From NCBI GenBank assembly GCA_030141605.1, contig JAQGDQ010000031.1:434001-498000 (forward strand): a stretch of 64,000 nt of DNA. The letters are read 5' to 3'. Both the position numbers and the translations under genes were made by a program. This DNA is from Tubiluchus corallicola (lineage: Eukaryota; Animalia; Priapulida). How positions within the stretch are numbered: the stretch's first letter is position 1; each line of letters opens with the position of its first letter. The notes under the pieces were generated by a model, which saw only the letters and a list, made by a program, of their open reading frames with translations, made no database searches and was not told where the DNA came from. Positions 57,901-64,000 of the stretch are shown here, one piece after another.

Positions 57901-60900
57901 TCCTTTCTGTATTAATAACAATTCAGATCTCAACTTATGAAAGAAATGGTACTGCTATCTAAGCCTGGAAATTCTATCTCGTTATCTGTATAAATTGATG
58001 TAAAACACCTAAATCTGTTCACTGTCTAACTAAAATCTGTTCACTGTCTAACTAGTACAATGCTTCCTGTTCTAACTGCTGTGCTTAAAGAATTCTGAAT
58101 GTGTTTCCGAAATTCCAGTCAGTGTCAACACTAATAATTATTTGTGGTTATAGACTGTTGCATGCAATGTCAGGCTTAGCCTAGTTTTATAGTAATTATG
58201 TGTTTGAGGAAGTGTCATTCGGGTATGAAAATTTACCAATTCAGTATTACTGCAGCACTATAATACACAGTGTAATGCATTGTGAAGTCTGATGTGTTTA
58301 GTGTGTTGCCTTCTGGTTTCATGTTTCAAAAGCTAAAATCTTTATTTTTCAAGGTTTTGCAAGGTAAAATATGTGATATTTCAAAATTTACAGCTGATCT
58401 TAAGATTTAGGGCCAGATTAGTAAAAACTGTACGTTATATAAATGAGTCGTATTTTCTTTACTGCACCCTATGTTTCTGTTTAATTTTAGAACTCTTCTA
58501 TTACCACTGCCTTTATTGTTAATTACAGAATAGAGTAAAAATTTATTTTTTTCTTGGATAAATAAAAACATGATACATACATGCTGTTTCCATTATAGTC
58601 CACGTGTTAGTGTAAAAGTGAAATCACAAAAAATAAAATATACAGAGACTATTAAAAGTGCTGCAGATTATACTTTAAACTAAGATTGCGTACAAGTCAA
58701 ATAATAATAAAAGTACTAGTTAATACTTAAATGTAGTGAATATAATTGACTAATATCATAAACAACTAAACATTAATTAAGAAAATATAAATGAAACAAA
58801 AAGATAAAAGCTGCGGTTGTTAATATGTTGTAAACTACTAATAAGTATGAATTAAAAAATAATGTAAAATGCGTAATTTTAAAAATTGTAGAATTAAAAG
58901 ATAGTGAATAAGCCTTTGTTAAGCATCATCAATTTTTTCGTCACCTGATGTACATTTTGTGTGCACCAGTAGTTCAAGTTTGGTCCAAGATCTCCTTTGA
59001 TCCAGTCTAGTATTCGCGTCCAGTATTAGACAGTTCCATAAATCCACAGGATTTCTGGTCCAAATTCTATCCTACTAAACCAAGATGACTTACAAGGAAT
59101 GCACATTTTTAACTCTTGCGATTTGGTGGCAGAAAGATCTTCTAGTTCCTTTTGAAGCAGTATGTAGACTTTCTAGTCCTTCTTTTGTGTAAATAGCAGA
59201 TGCAGCCATTTTACATCATGTTTACAAACTGGACTCAGTCTCTATTCATTTTGCTATGTGAACCAGATACATGTGATATTACCGACCAAAAAACATCCTT
59301 CCCTTTTCAGAAGAAAGCGTGTTTCCTATCATCCCAACGTAGAAGAAGAAAAGATACCATCTGACCAAAGTGATCAGCAACATGCCAGGCACACCAGACC
59401 GTCGACGCCACCTGTGAAACACGACGTAGAGTTGAGTTCAGCAGAAACTTCGCAAGGTGATTCCAAGTTGGAACAAACAGGTACGTATTTTGTCAGTCTT
59501 GTTAGCGGAATCTTTCAGATTTTAGCATCGTTCTCAAAATTAGAATCTTATAGAGCCTGCTTAACTTATTCTATACTGATTCACTGTTTTGTTTATATTA
59601 TAATCTTTTAATTTTTCACCGTCAGATCACTCTAACAAGCTCTGCTTTCAGAGTGAATTGCAGCACAATGGCATGTTGATAACAGGATTTAAAATTACAG
59701 TTAAGTATTGTAGACAAAATAGTTTAAATCATTCAGTGCCTGGCAACAATCTTGTTCAAATGTATGTGTGTATTTGTTATAATGTAGGAATGTTTAATGT
59801 ATTGTGTTGAAGTAAAAATAAACTTGAACTTGAAAGTTAAACCATGATCGCTGCTTAATTTTCTTCAATGATTGCATTTTTTGCAGTTAAAAAACCAACA
59901 TTTTTAAACTTTTTTGTTTGTGTTAATATATACATATATATATACTGAGAAACATACATAGAATTTGACTAATTCTTTCAGAACTAGTCAAAGAGAACAT
60001 TTTCGATAAAATTTAATGCTTTTTTGGAAAATTATTTTGATGTAGGAGAAAACATTACTAAATGCTAAACAGATCTTTAGTATTTCAAAAAAGTTATTTG
60101 TGCTTTTTTAATGCTAATTCTAAATCTTTCATTGTTTGTTTATTCTTTCAGGACCATTGAAGTTTTTATACTGAATATTTACATTTGATCTGCTGTTTCA
60201 GATATTATAGTAAACCGTATAAAATGCCAGGAGCAGACTGCTGTTCAGTGCGCATATGTTCCTCAGTGTGATCTGCGTGGCACAGGCAAAGAAAATGCTG
60301 CTCGCTTTGATAGCTATGAGCTTACCAAACTGCCAGAATTTTCATCTTCAGTTGGAGAAACGTGTAAGAACATTGCAAAGCCTGATTATGCTGTGAATCA
60401 TGTTGCAAGCTCACCTTTAACCGATTCTTCAGCAATGGATGCATCAGCGAAAATTTGTCTTCCTGCCGATGCGTTTCGTCAATCGAACTCATCTGCCATG
60501 TCATCTCCTGCAATTACAAATATAATGGGAAATGGTCACACAAGCTCACCGGCTACTTTCATGATAGCTTACGAGCAGTTCATGAAACAGCACTTGCAAC
60601 GGCCTCCTGAAGATGGCAGCACTGCACTCGAAACAGCTGACGGAGATACAAGATCTCGGTCTGACTATGAAAAATTTGTGAAAGAATTACAAAACTTATC
60701 CTTACAGGAAAACGTGTCTAGTGCTAAAGTGGTGAAATCTTTGCCTGAACTTTCAAAAGAGTCTAAAAGTTTGCCCTGCATAACGAAAATTGTCAGTGAT
60801 AGTAAAATAACTTGTGTAGATCCTGTTAAAAAAGTAGCATTGTCTAAAGATTCTACAGTATCTGAAATTTGCAGTGAACGAACTGCCGAATTCCTTGAAG

Positions 60901-63486
60901 ATGTTGAAAAAGAGACAAATGGGAGAGAGGATTTGTGTGACATCGTGAGCTCTTTTGCCACACGCTCACGAGAGAGTTCGTTCACTAGTACCCGCGAAGC
61001 TTTTACTCGCTTGCCAAATAAGTATCCTGAAGAATGCCAGCCTCAAAAGTGTTATACATTTGTAGAGTCAGCTTGGGCTCCATTTCGCCCCGTGTGTACC
61101 AAACATGTGGTATCAACAGGTTCAGCCACAGCTTCGCGTAAACTTGAAAACGCCGAGACAAACACGTTGCCGCTGTCTGTACGAAGCGTTCATACTGAAA
61201 CTGAAGAGATAAGCCCAACTGTAGATGTGAATACTGGGGCAGATAGTCCAGCAGAAGATATGATAACGATAGTTACGCCTCCTAGGTCTGTTCAACCCCT
61301 AAAACGATGGAACGTATCGACTAAGATCGATCGACCAGAAACTAGCTCATCGTGCTCCAGAAAAACAAAAATGGTTCGCAGAACGCGACCCGTCCAAACT
61401 GATCTGACCTTTAGTGGTTCATTGAAGAAAGCAGTTCAGACAGATGGCAAGGATGCTCACTCGTCATTAAGTTCGGAAGACCCCATTAACAAGTAATTTC
61501 TTTTTGCTGCTGTTATTATTGTTGTTGTTTCTGTCATCACCACCGCCATCCTTGTCATCGTAGTTGTTGTTACTGTCGCTGCTGCTGGATTTACTGCTGT
61601 TGTCGTTGACATGCCATTATTGACTGAACTTAGAATTATTTATATTAGGGGGGCTGAGCATCAAAAGTGCATGCTTAGCAATAAAAGTTAAGCAGCACTG
61701 TACACGGTTAATAAATTAAGTTAAGGAGAATGAAGAGAAGAGGGGAAAGGAGTGAGAGAGAGAGAGATATGTAGAGGTTGGAAAAAAGTGGCAGGAAGAT
61801 AAACCAAGAGAAAAAAGAGAGGAGATGGAAACAAGAGAGAGACTAGCATAAAAGAGAGTGAGGAGGTGAGAGTAGGAAAATGGAAATGCAATAGAAAAGA
61901 GGGAGCGGGAAAGATATAATGAAAGATTATTTCAAGCACAACATTTAGATTTCCTGATGTGCAGTACAACTTTTTGTCATATCAAATATAGTATTCAGTA
62001 ATTTCAGTATCCAAGTTGATTTCATTGTTCTTGTATTGCTTCCCTGCACAGAAGGCCCCAGAGACAGTTCCACCCATGTTCAGTTGTAAATGCAAATACT
62101 TTTTTCTCAGAATGAAAAATGCTAACGCAATTTTCGTGTAATATTTAAAAAATACTATTATCTTGTTAATTAAATGAAATTTGTGTGATATGTGGTTGCC
62201 ACTAATCACATTATATATCTGTTAAAAGGCTTGAAGAGCAAATAAGCAATTTAGTCGATTCGTGGGACATCCAGGAGTGTGATATGGCTAGTCTATACAA
62301 ACATATGGATTTTCTTTCTAAGCAGTTAGAAGTGAGTGTGTTAATAGAAGTTTTTTACTCTTTTTCTCCATTGAGTTTTTGAAAGACCAATATTTACTTT
62401 TTCATCGATTCTGCTGACTATTATGTTCCTTCATTATTGTTAATCTCTAAAATCTTTACCTTTCTTAATATTTTTGTTTACTTTTTTGTTATGCAGCACA
62501 TCATAACCAAACATATTTATATAACAATTTCTCAAATCAATCTTTGAACAATCCTGTTCCCTAGTAACATTGACCGCGTAGAGTTACTCAAATTTCGCTG
62601 AACTGGGTGTCTTTAACTACTTGACTTAAAACCCACTTTTCTATACTACTAATGCATTGAATTATTTTCAATGACTATCATACATATGCTGATATTTTTC
62701 CCGTAGATCATGAGTATAACACCAGATCAAAACACAGAGGCGATTATAAGTCGCCGTTAGTTAGAACTAACGTTGACCAGTCAGGCTTGGCTTACACGGG
62801 GACCAGTAATTTGGACTCAACTACCTGTTCATATACGTCATGCAAATGTCAAAGTGATTTAAAATCAAGCAAAAAAACATTTTCAAGATGAATTTTTCTT
62901 TTAAACCTCGAGGTATACTTCATTTAGTAGAAGTGATCAAGAGTATGTTAAATAATACAATTTTAAGGATTTAAGCTAGATGTATGTGTATGTGTTAACT
63001 GTAAATTTATGTAACTATATTATTCAAGCTGGGAAATTTGCAGCTTCATCTAAATAATTTGTTGTATAAGTATTTAATGTATGATTATTGTTCAGTACTG
63101 CATCTTAACACAGGAGCTTGTTGTAAACGAGCAAAGTGCTCAGTCATTTTATCCTTTTTAAAGATTTTGCATAATAATAATGACAATAATAATAATGATG
63201 AAACATGAGTTGTCACGTTTTCTAGTTTTCGTTGCTGCTCAGTCTGCACCCTGCATGCACTTGCGCATGATCTAATGAGAATTTATTGCAGTTGTAATCG
63301 TGTCATAATTTTGTTCATTGCTATCATTCAGGATGTAAAGAAAAGTGCCACGGAAGATCGGGAAATGAGGGAGTTTGTTGAAGCTGAGAGGTGGGCGATG
63401 AAAGAAAGCCTAAGAGAAGCTGAATTGAGAAACGCATCCAAGGATGAGGAATGTCAGAGCTTGCATAGTTCACTTCACCAAATGAC
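48981..63486 (+). CDS. Uncharacterised large protein with disordered N-terminus and coiled coil (5' portion; continues beyond the window)
   Basis: Phase-consistent open exons 48981-49100, 57364-57521, 59311-59480, 60202-61492, 62229-62331, 63332-63486. The last exons encode heptad-like helices (LEEQISNLVDSW..., EAERWAMKESLREAELRN). The first exon assignment is the least certain. Confidence 0.65.
49722..49850 (-). mobile_element. 3' end fragment of an L2/Crack-like LINE
   Basis: (TTAGAT)n tail plus TTTATT, followed by a GAGGGTAGCAGAAG segment. Similar in layout to the LINE 3' end at 22288-23370. Confidence 0.3.
50597..51245 (+). mobile_element. Helentron-associated non-autonomous element (HINE/DINE-like), degenerate
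   Basis: Starts TTACCTCTGCCAAG, has GTTT-type repeats, and ends with inverted TTGGCAGA plus a hairpin and CTAGTT. Inserted in a T-rich site. Confidence 0.45.
51280..51432. repeat. 15-bp tandem subrepeat (TGTGCCATTTTTCC)n, inverted partner at 50490-50540
   Basis: Direct reading. Probably the arms of a foldback element interrupted by the HINE. Confidence 0.6.
51780..51995. repeat. (TATAG)n pentanucleotide microsatellite
   Basis: Direct reading. Confidence 0.95.
52908..53464. mobile_element. GC-rich 557-bp insertion with 13-bp flanking direct repeat
   Basis: ATAACTCAGTATT at 52895-52907 and 53465-53477. Composition differs sharply from the flanks. Confidence 0.65.
54695..54719. promoter_or_regulatory. 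Tandem CRE (TGACGTCA x2), putative internal promoter
   Basis: Perfect TGACGTCA at 54695-54702 and 54712-54719, about 70 bp upstream of ATG GAT TTT AAA|gtaata. Confidence 0.5.
55663..55730 (+). repeat. Short interstitial degenerate (TTAGGG)n
   Basis: ttagggttagggttggaattagggttacggttgggattagggttagggttag. Confidence 0.7.
55844..55912 (+). pseudogene. tRNA-like sequence (pseudogene or SINE head)
   Basis: A-box TGATGTAATGG, T-arm TTGGG-TTCGAGT-CCCAG, acceptor stem GCCTTTG/TAAAGGT. The anticodon arm is defective. Confidence 0.45.
55975..56890. repeat. Degenerate trinucleotide-based minisatellite (gctgaatactgctgttattgctgctgttg...)
   Basis: Recurring aatgctgaata(c/t)tgctgttattgct units over about 900 bp. 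Confidence 0.75.
62520..62900 (+). mobile_element. Degenerate L2/Crack-like LINE ORF2 3' fragment
   Basis: Fragments HEYNTRS and RGPVIWTQLP parallel the C-terminus of the LINE at 23943-24200. Confidence 0.4.
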
Positions 63487-64000
63487 GTATGCTTTACTGT
63501 TTGTTTTTTCATTCGTTTCTTACTTGATGGCTTGTGTTTGTGCATTCAGTAGATTTTATGTTGTCCACAAATTTGCTTCTCCTTACTGTATAGCCTGGCT
63601 TAAACCGTGTGAATAATGGCCATCATAAATAAGCCCAATGGACTTTGTAAAAAAGGCACATAATAAAAATACCCTTATAATTTTGCTGTAATTATTGGTA
63701 TCGTGAATAAGAAAATAGAAATATTGTTCAAAACGTGATTATGAAGATGCAGTTTGTATAGTACACTAGTTAATTGATAATACAATAATCAAGAAGAACA
63801 ATAATCGATAGTACAGTTAAATGAGGTACTTTTTCCATAATAAGGCAATTCCTGCTAATTGCAATAGTCAGCTTGTAATATTAGTTGACATCTTGGATTT
63901 GGCTGCCATTTTGAATTTTCATATAGGCAGTGATTCCTATCTTCAAACAGCATTTGCTAAACTATAAATGCGTCACATTTTTTATTTTTGTAGTCTCTGA

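Overview
AT-rich, intron-containing animal genomic DNA, most likely from an invertebrate bilaterian. Gene models were built by hand from GT-AG sites and reading-phase continuity. The window holds: (1) a 10-coding-exon NR1-subfamily nuclear receptor on the minus strand (175-6295, about 914 aa) with a very long Cys/His-rich hinge and a truncated LBD; (2) a tandem segmental duplication (copy A about 11365-20719, copy B about 20722-31702). Copy A carries an intronless UBF/UBTF-like gene. Copy B carries an in-frame deletion derivative that keeps the dimerization domain and acidic tail but has lost every HMG box; (3) a 7-exon C6orf89/BRAP-like gene on the minus strand, whose last exon is cut by the duplication breakpoint; (4) a 4-exon TMEM17 on the minus strand; (5) the 5' part of a large uncharacterised coiled-coil gene on the plus strand with SxIP, RVxF-like and QT motifs and two candidate first exons. 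Intergenic and intronic DNA contains hAT and pogo-like MITEs, a Merlin relic, a 5'-truncated L2/CR1-group LINE with a nested TGT...ACA element, Helentron-like elements, SINE heads and microsatellites. Family assignments come from remembered motifs, not database searches.
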